In this document: positions 1 to 8,610 of the stretch, in pieces
How the letters are laid out: each line of letters begins with the position of its first letter
Position numbering within the stretch: position 1 is the first letter of the stretch
Assembly: GCA_039972775.1 (NCBI GenBank)
Contig: JBDWMF010000011.1
Span: 102,851-166,850 of the forward strand
Source of the DNA: Erythrobacter sp.
GTDB lineage: Bacteria; Pseudomonadota; Alphaproteobacteria; Sphingomonadales; Sphingomonadaceae
Direction of reading: 5' to 3'
Length of the DNA stretch: 64,000 nucleotides
The notes under the pieces: model-generated
What the model was told of the DNA's origin: nothing
The model's database searches: none
What the model saw: the letters and a program-made list of their open reading frames with translations, nothing else
Translations under genes and position numbers: made by a program

Positions 1-1739
1 ACTTCAACTCATCATTCCACTTGCCGAACTTCGCGGGCGTGAACCCAGCCTTTAACGAAGATGTGAATGATCACCCGTTCCGCTATTATGGCAATATCCG
101 TCCTACCAACGAACAAGACAGTTTCGACATTTCGGCAAAGATTGAGCATGATTTTGGCAGTGTCGCGCTGACCGCATGGGCACTTTATTCCGATGTTGAT
201 CAACTGCTCACAGCGGACGGTACATCAGCTGACTTTGCGCGCTTTATTTCTGCAGCCGATCCAGCGGCGGCGAACGTCGTGAACAGCTGCTTCACCTCAA
301 CCGCTAACCTCACCGGCTTTCCCGTAAATCAGCCGGGTTTTGTCGGTGCAGTGCCCGTGCCATTCATCTTTGATCCGGCAAATGGGTCAACTTTTGGAGC
401 ATACAGCCCCAGCACATGCGATGGCACGCAGCTGCAAATACGCGAGCAATCGGACATTAGCGGCGAGATCCGACTTGCATCAACTGACGGGGGGCCTTTG
501 AATTGGCAGGTTGGCGCATACTTCCTCAGCATTGACCGCGAAACCGGCGTCAGCATTGGCGGCGATACGGGTGCAGGCGTCAGCCGCGAACTGTTCAATG
601 CACCGGGCAGTGCGAACCCAACATCGCTGCTGCTCAATGACACATTCGATACCACCGTATTCGCAGTCTTTGGCAATGCGGAATATGCATTTGGCGGTTT
701 TACCGCCGGCCTTGCGCTGCGTTATGATGTTGAGGATCGCTCGTCAGAAAGCTTGGTTCCTGCAGGCGCGCTCGACCCGTTTACCGGCGGGCCGATCAAT
801 CCCGGCCTAGCGTTTGGCGCATTTGCACCGGTCGAGGCGACGTTCAAACAAATACAGCCCAAAGTCAGCCTTAGCTGGCAGCCCAATCCCGACCTCAACT
901 TTTACGCAAACTGGGGCATTGGATTTAAGTCTGGCGGATTTAACAACCAAGGGTCAGCCGCGATCATTGATGCCAATTTCGTGCAATTTATTGGCGCGGA
1001 TGTGACCATCGAAGATCAATATGACAAGGAAGTCTCCTCAGCATTCGAAGTCGGCGTGAAGGGCGAGCTTCTTAATGGAGCGGTCACGTTTGATCTTGCT
1101 GGCTATTACACCAATATCGAAGACATGCAGTTCTTTGAGTTCTTCGTCGGCTCATTCGGACTGCTGCGCGTTGTTTCCAACATCGATGATGTCGATGTTT
1201 ACGGTGTTGAATTCAACACCAGCGCTGAAATTATTGAGGGTTGGAAATTCTTCGGCTCGGTCAATTTAACGGACAGCGAAATCAAGGCAAACTCTTCGCG
1301 CCCCACAACGGTCGGGAACAAATCGCCTTATACAGCTGACTACACGATCAATCTGGGCACAGAAATCGATGTACCGTTCAACGATAGCGTGAACCTCGTG
1401 ATGCGCGCTGATTACCGGATCACCGGCCCAACATGGTTCCACTCATTCCAGAACCAAGAAGCACCAACATTGTTTTCTGGCCTATTGCCAATCTCAGCAT
1501 TGGCTCTGCCTGATTTTGTAGGGAACGCGAATTACGGCGTGGCGCGTCGCGATGCCTTTGGCGTGCTCAACCTGCGCGCCGGGATTGAGACGGACAATAT
1601 CACCGCTGCAATCTTCGCCAACAATGCGCTTAACCGAAAGTACCTCAATGAGGTGATCCCAGCAATCGAATTTGGCGGATCATTCATTTCACCCGGCGCG
1701 CGCCGTCTGGTGGGCGTAGAGGTCGGCTTTAAGTTCTAG
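1..1739 (+). CDS. TonB-dependent receptor, C-terminal ~570 aa (5' end lies outside the window)
   Basis: The frame is open from the window edge. The sequence is beta-barrel-like and ends in GVEVGFKF, with the terminal aromatic residue typical of TonB-dependent receptor and outer-membrane barrels. Confidence 0.85.
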   Translation, partial: FNSSFHLPNFAGVNPAFNEDVNDHPFRYYGNIRPTNEQDSFDISAKIEHDFGSVALTAWALYSDVDQLLTADGTSADFARFISAADPAAANVVNSCFTSTANLTGFPVNQPGFVGAVPVPFIFDPANGSTFGAYSPSTCDGTQLQIREQSDISGEIRLASTDGGPLNWQVGAYFLSIDRETGVSIGGDTGAGVSRELFNAPGSANPTSLLLNDTFDTTVFAVFGNAEYAFGGFTAGLALRYDVEDRSSESLVPAGALDPFTGGPINPGLAFGAFAPVEATFKQIQPKVSLSWQPNPDLNFYANWGIGFKSGGFNNQGSAAIIDANFVQFIGADVTIEDQYDKEVSSAFEVGVKGELLNGAVTFDLAGYYTNIEDMQFFEFFVGSFGLLRVVSNIDDVDVYGVEFNTSAEIIEGWKFFGSVNLTDSEIKANSSRPTTVGNKSPYTADYTINLGTEIDVPFNDSVNLVMRADYRITGPTWFHSFQNQEAPTLFSGLLPISALALPDFVGNANYGVARRDAFGVLNLRAGIETDNITAAIFANNALNRKYLNEVIPAIEFGGSFISPGARRLVGVEVGFKF

Positions 1740-1767
1740 AGCCGCAGCAACGCCATCAGGCAATGGA

Positions 1768-2394
1768 GTGGCTATGAGTGAATTGGACGCCAATTACGCG
1801 CAAGCATACGGACAGAAAGCGGGCTTTGGCAAAAAGCCTGCGCTGGTCATGGTCGATTTTGTTGAAGGGTATTTTGACCCGTCATGCGATCTCTATGCCG
1901 ATGTAGATGATACACTCGCCAGTGCTTTGAGAGTTCGCGAGGCAGCACACTTGGCTGGCATTCCAGTAATCCTTACCAATGTCGTCTATCATCCTAGCGC
2001 GATGGATGGCGGGCGGTTTTATGAAAAGGCAAAGCCGCTTCGTTACTTTCTTGCCGGAAGTCCGATGGGCGCTTGGCCAAAGGGGCTGGAGCCGCGCAAA
2101 GATGAGTTGATCATCTCCAAACAGTACCCGAGCGCATTTTTCGGGACTTCACTTGCCGCAACGCTGACAAGCCTAGGCGTCGACAATGTGATCCTAACCG
2201 GCCTTACCACCAGTGGCTGCATCCGCGCGTCCTGCGTTGATGCAATGTCGCACGGCTTTATCACTACCGTGGTGCGCGAAGCCGTGGGCGACAGGCATGA
2301 AGCCCCTCATGAAGCGAACCTGTTCGACATGGATGCGAAATATGCTGATGTTGTGACTGAGACCGAGATATTGGAGCATTTGCGCACGATATAA
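1768..2394 (+). CDS. isochorismatase-family cysteine hydrolase
   Basis: 208 aa. It has the LVMVDF N-terminal strand and a LTGLTTSGCIRASCVDA nucleophile-Cys region, both characteristic of the isochorismatase/N-carbamoylsarcosine amidase fold. Confidence 0.85.
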   Translation: MAMSELDANYAQAYGQKAGFGKKPALVMVDFVEGYFDPSCDLYADVDDTLASALRVREAAHLAGIPVILTNVVYHPSAMDGGRFYEKAKPLRYFLAGSPMGAWPKGLEPRKDELIISKQYPSAFFGTSLAATLTSLGVDNVILTGLTTSGCIRASCVDAMSHGFITTVVREAVGDRHEAPHEANLFDMDAKYADVVTETEILEHLRTI

Positions 2395-2395
2395 A

Positions 2396-2426
2396 AAAGG
2401 ACTTTCCCACTAGAGCTGAGTCCTTT
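2396..2426 (+). terminator. weak candidate hairpin after the hydrolase gene
   Basis: AAAGGACT (2396-2403) pairs with AGTCCTTT (2419-2426) across a 15-nt loop. The downstream CTTG is only weakly T-rich. Confidence 0.3.
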
Positions 2427-2489
2427 CTTGAAAAATTCCACCTATCGCTGCGCCGCCTCTATGCGCAATCATTGCAAATGCCTGCTCAC

Positions 2490-2942
2490 TCACTCTTCAA
2501 TTCGGGTGTTCTGATCGTGGATCAATCGCCATTCATTGTCTTCCAACTGGAATGTCAGGACAAGCCAAGCGTTGCGCGCCGGGCCATCTGCGGTATCCTT
2601 AAAGCTGTATTTGATAAGGGCCGTAGATTGAGTGGTGCCTTCAATAACCTTCTCAATTTTTGTGTCGAACACCCAATCGCTATCTTCAAACCAAGTCTTG
2701 TGAAATTCCAAAACGGCGGTTGTACTGTCGAGAACCGTTCCGCCCGGGAAGATGACATAGAGATCATCAGTCTTCGTCAAAGTCCCTCGAAACGCTTCAT
2801 AGTCACGTGTTTCCACCGCCTCTAAATGGCTCGCGACGGAATTACGAAAATCTGGGCGTTCAGGGGCAGTTTGGTCGGTACAGCCTGTCACAGCGACCAG
2901 AAACAAGGAAATGAGTGCGAAGGCTCGATTGCTGTGCTTCAT
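2490..2942 (-). CDS. lipoprotein with an NTF2/SnoaL-like (DUF4440-type) domain
   Basis: 150 aa. It has a signal peptide with lipobox LVAVTGC, and the C-terminal WRLIHDQNT is typical of NTF2-like folds. Confidence 0.6.
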   Translation of the reverse strand: MKHSNRAFALISLFLVAVTGCTDQTAPERPDFRNSVASHLEAVETRDYEAFRGTLTKTDDLYVIFPGGTVLDSTTAVLEFHKTWFEDSDWVFDTKIEKVIEGTTQSTALIKYSFKDTADGPARNAWLVLTFQLEDNEWRLIHDQNTRIEE

Positions 2943-2958
2943 ACTTTATACTCCGTAT

Positions 2959-3423
2959 TTAGACGAGAAATTGGATCAGTGCGGCCAGCCCATTGATAGC
3001 AAATTCAAGCGCATCGACCACAAATATGAAATACATGGGACCAGTTTTCACATCCCAATAGCTTTCATCCCGCCGTCCGCCATTCTTCAAAATCGGCACG
3101 TTGAAAATAAACTGAGAGAAATGGGCGGCAGCTAGCGCAACCAACAAGACGCCTCGTTCTAACGGATCTGTAAACAGCTCTGCACCCGTTGCCCAAACAA
3201 TCAGCAGAGCGAGTGAAAGGACGGCAAACGCGCCGTTCATCCCGCCGAGAAACCGCACAAGCGCAGCAATAGTAGGCAAAATTGGGGAACTGCGGAGAGA
3301 CTTTGGAACGAACAATTTGGCCGACGCCTCATGTTGGAAACTCCAGTATCGAAACGCCGCGCTAAACCATAACAGGCTAGCCAAAAGTGCAAATGGGTAG
3401 GAATACTCAGCTAGAATAGTCAT
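2959..3423 (-). CDS. hypothetical integral membrane protein
   Basis: 154 aa with about four hydrophobic segments. It sits in a co-directional gene string. I recognise no family. Confidence 0.5.
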   Translation of the reverse strand: MTILAEYSYPFALLASLLWFSAAFRYWSFQHEASAKLFVPKSLRSSPILPTIAALVRFLGGMNGAFAVLSLALLIVWATGAELFTDPLERGVLLVALAAAHFSQFIFNVPILKNGGRRDESYWDVKTGPMYFIFVVDALEFAINGLAALIQFLV

Positions 3424-3486
3424 ATTGATTGCTCACTATTGCCAAGGCTTGATGGTAGCAGATCATGGAGCCTTAAGCAGCAAAGA

Positions 3487-4203
3487 TCATTTTGAAAGCG
3501 CTAATGCTTTGATCAATTTGGTTGCTAGAAGCGATGGTTGATCAGCGCTCTTCCAATGGCTCGCACCAGCCAATTTGATGCGGGGAATGCTGCTCCTTTG
3601 TAGCCAGCGCTGCGAAGCCCGCGGCACATTTTCAGGATTGTAAAGATATACTGGAAAATCCGCTCGGGCCAAAACATCCCCCGGCGTGACATTTTGAGAA
3701 TATCGATGGGCATCACGGCCTAATTCCCAAAGCGCTATCGGGTCTGCGCATTCGACTCTACTTCGATATCGGTCGATGGCGGGATTGTCCTTTGCAAGTT
3801 TATGTAGTCTCCGGATAAATGCTCTGTGAAAAGCCATTGGTGTGTCGTAACCGGCGGCTGTTCCAGAGAAGTACGCATCCTCTGCTGTGAGGTTTCCTTC
3901 TAAAGAAAGAACAGTTGTTATGGTTGAACCAGGTCTTTGAGCAGCCAATGAGGCAGAAATCGAAGCGACCGAGTGCGCCAGTACTATTTGGGAACCTATC
4001 GCCTTGGCTTTCTCATCGATTACTTTTGCCAGCAAGTTTAGTGTTGCGGGCACACCATTTGGGCGTGGAGCTCCAAAGCCCGGCAAATTGAGGGGAACGA
4101 TTTCCACCTCTAGCGAAAGCTTGGACGCTATCAGCGGCGCAAACATAGTGCTGTCATCGCCAAATCCTGGCACGCAAAGCATTGTCTTCATGATCGACAC
4201 CAA
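3487..4203 (-). CDS. alpha/beta-fold hydrolase
   Basis: 238 aa. It has an N-terminal VPGFGDD strand-turn and a nucleophile-elbow-like LAHSVAS (G/A-x-S-x-G/A-type) motif. The start could be the internal MKTML at 4191. Confidence 0.7.
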   Translation of the reverse strand: MVSIMKTMLCVPGFGDDSTMFAPLIASKLSLEVEIVPLNLPGFGAPRPNGVPATLNLLAKVIDEKAKAIGSQIVLAHSVASISASLAAQRPGSTITTVLSLEGNLTAEDAYFSGTAAGYDTPMAFHRAFIRRLHKLAKDNPAIDRYRSRVECADPIALWELGRDAHRYSQNVTPGDVLARADFPVYLYNPENVPRASQRWLQRSSIPRIKLAGASHWKSADQPSLLATKLIKALALSK

Positions 4204-4232
4204 GCTGGTTCAGTACACCTTATTCGACCCGG

Positions 4233-4685
4233 CTAAACCCACCGTCTGACAGAAGCTAAATAGGCCTGATAATCATCGCCAAATTTCGCCAGCAAGGCCC
4301 TCTCCTCAGGTTTGATCTGAACCCGACTAATAATCACAATGAAGCCGGTCAGGACTAGGGCGTTAAGAGGGTTACCAAGGTAGCAAGCGATCCCGCCAAG
4401 GATCAATAGCATGCCTAAATACATCGGATTACGGCTGAAGGAGAAGACCCCATGTTGAACAATCTTCACGGTACTTTCAGGGCTAAATGGATTGATCGTG
4501 GTTGCATGGCGCTTGAACTGAACGGCTGCGACGATCATCAACCCAGCACCCATTGCTACCAGAAAAACCGATACTAAGACTTGACCGGGAAACTGAAAAT
4601 TCGTCGCTGGCAAAAGCCCAGCAATGCCGACCATTGGAATGACAGACAGCAATGTAATGACGGGTGGCGGGACTTTGATGGCCAT
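4233..4685 (-). CDS. isoprenylcysteine carboxyl methyltransferase (ICMT)-family membrane methyltransferase
   Basis: 150 aa and polytopic. RNPMYLGMLL and the C-terminal E..L...FGDDY..Y...V.RW pattern are typical of the ICMT/PEMT family. Confidence 0.75.
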   Translation of the reverse strand: MAIKVPPPVITLLSVIPMVGIAGLLPATNFQFPGQVLVSVFLVAMGAGLMIVAAVQFKRHATTINPFSPESTVKIVQHGVFSFSRNPMYLGMLLILGGIACYLGNPLNALVLTGFIVIISRVQIKPEERALLAKFGDDYQAYLASVRRWV

Positions 4686-4732
4686 GCTTACCTCCGTGGA
4701 TCTCGACGCTATTTCTGGGAACTCAAACTGAC

Positions 4733-5122
4733 TTACTTATGATCAAGGACGGTTGATTTCATTGTGAATGCCAAAGCTAGCGTGGCCAGTCCGGGCAGAA
4801 TGACGCCAAAAAAGTCAGATTGCCAAATCCGGTCAAAGGGAAAGCCGCGATGTCCCCAAACTTGCAAATGAAACAGAGCATGCATGAACGGCCAGGCGGC
4901 TGCAAAAAGGGCCACGTCCCTCTTCTGATGATAGCTTCCGTAGAAAAGCCCTGCACCGCTTGCGAGAAAGGCGAAAGACACATCTCTTATGAAATGGGCA
5001 TTATACGGGCCCATCTCAGCCAATCCCGGTGTCACATCGTAAAATGTGACCGGGAAAACAAAGATGAAAGCTCCCGTTAGGATGAAGTAGCCCGCCAGAA
5101 TATATAGGATCAGTCTTTGCAT
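4733..5122 (-). CDS. hypothetical membrane protein
   Basis: I chose the start at MQRLILY (5122) so that the gene abuts the TetR stop at 5124. It has four hydrophobic segments. I recognise no family. Confidence 0.5.
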   Translation of the reverse strand: MQRLILYILAGYFILTGAFIFVFPVTFYDVTPGLAEMGPYNAHFIRDVSFAFLASGAGLFYGSYHQKRDVALFAAAWPFMHALFHLQVWGHRGFPFDRIWQSDFFGVILPGLATLALAFTMKSTVLDHK

Positions 5123-5123
5123 A

Positions 5124-5723
5124 TCAGCCTCCAGTGTCATCGCCATTACATAAGAAAAGAGTGAGCAATTCACTCAAGTCACTTTCCAAATCTGCCAGCT
5201 TTTGGTGCTCCAAAAACTCAAGCCCGATCATACTGCTGTAAAGTAGATTTGCCTTCAGCTTGCTTTGGTCAGCATTCAGACCAAGTTGAGCAAACAGCTT
5301 TGCAATATAGTCCAGCCTAGTGCTGTTGACCTTGCGCACACTCGATCGGACATTTTTGTCGAAACGGGACCAATCCCTGATCGCGGCCTCCATCATCAAC
5401 CCGCCATAATGAAGTCCGCCCGATGCGGCATCGCGGCTGTTAGTGATGCGCGCGCTAAGGTCTTGAAGCTTTTCTTTGGGGCTTAGCTCGCGCTCTTCAT
5501 TCCGATCGATAATTGCCTGCGTGCCCCATGCCTCCCAATGGGACATCATGGCCGACTTGAGCGCGGCTTGATCCTTAAAATGCCAATAGAACGACCCTTT
5601 GCTGACTTTCATCTCGCGGGCGATTTTTTCGATCTTAACGGCTTCCGGGCCGCCAGTGGTAAGCGCACGGAAACCGCCCTTGATCCAGTCTTCCCTAGTA
5701 AGCGCTTCTGTTTTCGAGGGCAT
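5124..5723 (-). CDS. TetR/AcrR-family transcriptional regulator
   Basis: 199 aa with an N-terminal helix-turn-helix, IAREMKVSKGSFYWHFKDQAAL. Confidence 0.9.
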   Translation of the reverse strand: MPSKTEALTREDWIKGGFRALTTGGPEAVKIEKIAREMKVSKGSFYWHFKDQAALKSAMMSHWEAWGTQAIIDRNEERELSPKEKLQDLSARITNSRDAASGGLHYGGLMMEAAIRDWSRFDKNVRSSVRKVNSTRLDYIAKLFAQLGLNADQSKLKANLLYSSMIGLEFLEHQKLADLESDLSELLTLFLCNGDDTGG

Positions 5724-5919
5724 TGTTCACCTGAGCACTGACCACCGCCCAATTGCGATGGAAACACCGCGACCCGTTTTCAGGCCTGCTTACGCATCAG
5801 GTAGTAAAGGTCGCATTCGGAGTCAATACGCCTGCGTATGGTGATTGTCTCAACGGATCTCTTTTAGGAGCTAATTCTAAGTGACCGCATGCTGAAGATC
5901 AGCCCAAATTAAAGGCCTA

Positions 5920-6122
5920 TCACTCCTTTGGGGCGTTGGCCTTTCTCAACGTCAATTTGGAGAAAGTTGCTTGAGCAAAATTGTTGTCTGTTCAATCTAT
6001 TTGACCGTATCCAGCTCACCGGATTCCACATCAACATCCACACCAATGTCGAGAGACTTCTGACAGCCCTCTTCATTCGCAATGCCAACATCGACCTATT
6101 TGACCGGCTCGCGCATGACCTC
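5920..6122 (-). pseudogene. composite relic: 3' end of a PL7 alginate lyase gene fused to an internal kdgK fragment
   Basis: The minus strand of 5920-5988 translates to DNNFAQATFSKLTLRKANAPKE*, compared with the C-terminus GDFAQATFSKLILGESSAPQE* of the intact PL7 gene at 39951. Segment 6007-6122 aligns by hand to kdgK 41434-41549 at about 108 of 116 positions. It translates to ...[30 protein letters not shown] with an in-frame stop. Confidence 0.65.
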
Positions 6123-6139
6123 TGGGGCCACCAAAGGTC

Positions 6140-6227
6140 GCCTCAAATGCAAGGAATTGGTAGACGCGCGTGCTTCAGGTGCACGTATTCGCAAGGATGT
6201 GGAGGTTCGAGTCCTCTTCTGGCACCA
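6140..6227 (+). tRNA. tRNA-Leu(CAG)-derived sequence, probably a 5'-defective pseudogene
   Basis: GGAATTGGTAGACGCG (D region), CGTGC-TTCAGGT-GCACG (anticodon arm, CAG), a long variable arm, GGAGG-TTCGAGT-CCTCT (T arm) and ...GGCACCA are all present. However, the 5' acceptor and D-stem bases do not pair properly, and the 3' acceptor strand is one nucleotide short. Confidence 0.5.
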
Positions 6228-6329
6228 TCTACCCCCTTTAAAGTTGTTACAAGAACCCCAGAATTCTGCCAAAAATGAGCAGTTTCTGATAGCTAATGTT
6301 CACCCCTGCTCGCCTGCAATCGCAAACTA

Positions 6330-6351
6330 TTGGGGGCCACGTTGGGGGCCA
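6330..6351. repeat. two direct copies of TTGGGGGCCA separated by 2 nt
   Basis: The copies lie at 6330-6339 and 6342-6351, between the tRNA relic and the integrase stub. A related CTGGGGCCAC sits at 6122-6131 on the other side of the tRNA. Confidence 0.5.
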
Positions 6352-6382
6352 GTCTAACTTGGCGAGTGCAGCTGGCCTCCAT

Positions 6383-6430
6383 ATGGCTTTGACCAATACG
6401 GCGATCCGCGATGCAAAACCCAGAGATAAG
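6383..6430 (+). pseudogene. N-terminal 16 codons of a tyrosine integrase (P4-like, DUF4102-type N-terminus), truncated
   Basis: It translates to MALTNTAIRDAKPRDK, the characteristic start of tRNA-targeting integrases. The reading frame then runs into IS6-derived sequence at 6431. Confidence 0.55.
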
Positions 6431-6564
6431 ATTGGCGGCCGGATAGGCGGCGTTCTGAATTGAAATAGCGAAAAGGACTGGCTGGTTTGCGGGGTCTTGG
6501 CATGCGCCCTGCCCTAGCTGATCACATGAGATCCGCTAGCCGGTGCATTTAGTCTGACAACACC
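6431..6564 (-). mobile_element. IS6-family remnant (heavily deleted; right end retained)
   Basis: ATTGGCGGCCGGATAGGCGGCGTTCTGAATTGAA matches the transposase 3' region of the copies at 39481 and 59815. It joins directly to the transposase 5' region (…GGACTGGCTGGTTTGCGGGGTCT…) and ends in CATTTAGTCTGACAACACC, the right inverted repeat of the intact IS at 23115-23133. Confidence 0.7.
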
Positions 6565-6650
6565 ATCCACTCTCATAATCCCTGCTTAAATAGACTGCTC
6601 AATTAGCCAATGGCCACTCGCCATAATACGCCTTTATCTTAGCTACTGCA

Positions 6651-7991
6651 TTGGGCGGCCGAGCGGAGTCGAGAACGATAGTGATGACAAGGGGCAATCT
6701 GGCATTGGTGAAGAGCCCAAGCACGCTAGCAGATGTTGATCTGTTCGGGCCGGGCGCGCAGCAGCATTGGTACGCAGCCTATGACATTATGCATCAACAC
6801 GGCCCTGTTGTTCGCTTGCCCGGCCAAGGACGAACGGCTCAGATGGATGCCTACATACTGACAAAGCACGAGGATATTTCGCGCGTAGTCAAAGACTGGG
6901 AGCGGTTCCCGCCCACTTTGTCGCTTTTGATCGATAGCATAAAACAGTCTGGCCAACTGCCACAGGCAATGCCTGATCTTGATGCTATGGTGATGTCTAT
7001 TTTCTCTCTTCGGCCAACGCCTGAATTGTGGCGCGCGCACCGGCAAGAACTGACCGATCCTTGGGTTGGGCCCGGCGCCGTCCGCCATAAAGATATGATT
7101 GAAAGCCATGTCGACCATTTGATCGATCAATGGATTAGCGAGGGTGAATTGGATTTTGTAAGCCAGTTCGCGCGCCCGCTACCCCAGCGCACAATGGCCT
7201 CCGTGCTTGGCTTTCCGATGGAGGATATTGGAAAGTTGGAAACCTGGGGCGATGCGCAGGTCATGGCCTATGTCCATGGACGCGGTCACAACAATATTCT
7301 GACCGAGGAGCAAACACGGCAAAAGTTCGAATTGCTTGATGGGTTTGGCCAATATGTACGCGCAAAAACGCTGGAGAAGCGCGAAAATCCCGCCGATGAT
7401 ATGGTCTCCTTTCTCACGCAGGTTCATTATCGCGCGCTCGACCGCAAGCTGACCGATCAAGAGATCAATGGTGTGGTCTATGCGATGCTGATCGGCGGAT
7501 TGGAAACCACCCAATATGCGCTGGCCGAACAGGCGCAATTGATTTGCGAGCGGCCTGGATTGTTCCAAAAGCTGAAGCAGGATCGCAGCTTGATCCGCAT
7601 CTTTATAGAAGAAAGCATGCGGTTGCGCTCCCCCACTCAAGGGCTTTCAACGCGGGTCACATCGCGCGATGAAGTGTTTCAGGGCATCAAAGTACCCGCT
7701 GGATCATCGCTCCATTTGCGCTGGGCTGCCGCCAATATTGATCCTGTCGAATTTGACGATCCCAAACAGTTAAAGCTCGATCGCAAGGCCGTCACCCGCC
7801 ATCTGGCATTTTCTGCCGGTCCGCGCGTTTGTCCTGGCGCTGGGCTTTCCCGAATAGAGCAAAGTATTGCATGGAACCGGCTTTTCGACCGGATCGACAA
7901 TATTTCTTATGGCGAGGGGAATGACTTCGCCTGCCAGCCTGGAATCATGCTGGGCACAAACAAGCTCAACCTGATATTCACCAAGGCATGA
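6651..7991 (+). CDS. cytochrome P450
   Basis: It has the I-helix AMLIGGLETT, the EESMRLR (ExxR) motif and the haem-binding loop FSAGPRVCPGAGLS. An alternative ATG start lies at 6684. Confidence 0.9.
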   Translation: MGGRAESRTIVMTRGNLALVKSPSTLADVDLFGPGAQQHWYAAYDIMHQHGPVVRLPGQGRTAQMDAYILTKHEDISRVVKDWERFPPTLSLLIDSIKQSGQLPQAMPDLDAMVMSIFSLRPTPELWRAHRQELTDPWVGPGAVRHKDMIESHVDHLIDQWISEGELDFVSQFARPLPQRTMASVLGFPMEDIGKLETWGDAQVMAYVHGRGHNNILTEEQTRQKFELLDGFGQYVRAKTLEKRENPADDMVSFLTQVHYRALDRKLTDQEINGVVYAMLIGGLETTQYALAEQAQLICERPGLFQKLKQDRSLIRIFIEESMRLRSPTQGLSTRVTSRDEVFQGIKVPAGSSLHLRWAAANIDPVEFDDPKQLKLDRKAVTRHLAFSAGPRVCPGAGLSRIEQSIAWNRLFDRIDNISYGEGNDFACQPGIMLGTNKLNLIFTKA

Positions 7992-8013
7992 CGCCCAGAC
8001 TTAGGAGAACGCT

Positions 8014-8415
8014 GTGACAACTCTGCTCGCTCACATCCGAATCAAATCCGGAAAGCTAGAGAAATGGGAAGCGATCATGGCCGATATGGCGGCGCAGACC
8101 TTTGCACACGAAACCGGCGTGGTGCGTTATGAATATTGGAAAGGGCAGCAAGAAAATTTCTATTATTGCCAGCTTTCATTCGAGGACAAATGGGCATTCT
8201 ATCGTCACCAAATGTCAGACCATCATGAGGGCCATGACTTTGCTGACGTGCTGGAGGATATCAGACTTGAATATCTAAGCCCGGTCGAAGGTTCTGGCGG
8301 CGGCCTTGCGTCCACTACTGATCCAGAGCTTACAGATGATATGGATGAACTTCTGCAGGTCGCTCAGGAACGCTTCCCGCTAGACATCGCCCATTGGTGG
8401 GCTGCCCGAAACTAG
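8014..8415 (+). CDS. ABM (antibiotic-biosynthesis-monooxygenase)-like / Dabb-fold protein
   Basis: 133 aa with a GTG start 20 nt after the P450 stop. LAHIRIKSGKLEKWEAIM...VRYEYWK fits the ferredoxin-like ABM pattern. Confidence 0.55.
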   Translation: MTTLLAHIRIKSGKLEKWEAIMADMAAQTFAHETGVVRYEYWKGQQENFYYCQLSFEDKWAFYRHQMSDHHEGHDFADVLEDIRLEYLSPVEGSGGGLASTTDPELTDDMDELLQVAQERFPLDIAHWWAARN

Positions 8416-8469
8416 CCTGCTCTTAGCTCGGAAATAATCGGTAGGCTCAATATCTGGGTGCTATCAGAC

Positions 8470-8610
8470 GGTGTTGTCAGATTAAAGTTCTCTACTTGTT
8501 TTTCTGTCGCTCAACCGATTTGACAGCCATTGCAAATGTTGACTTTTCTCGTGGCCCGAACCGATCTAAAATGAAAATCGAAGGCCGAAGAACTTTAGTC
8601 TGACAGCACC
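8470..8610. mobile_element. MITE-like 141-bp element with IS6-type terminal inverted repeats
   Basis: GGTGTTGTCAGATTAAAG at 8470 and CTTTAGTCTGACAGCACC ending at 8610 match 16 of 18 as an inverted repeat. The interior is unrelated to the transposase. Confidence 0.6.

Noticed and set aside
6600-6640. A short similarity between the sequence to the right of the IS stub at 6564 (GGCCACTCGCCATAATACGCCT) and the sequence to the right of the IS remnant at 60106 (GCCCACTCGCCATCGATCGGGTTACGCCT)
   Set aside because: They share only an 11-mer plus a hexamer, with indels between. That is too short to claim homologous flanks without a computed alignment.
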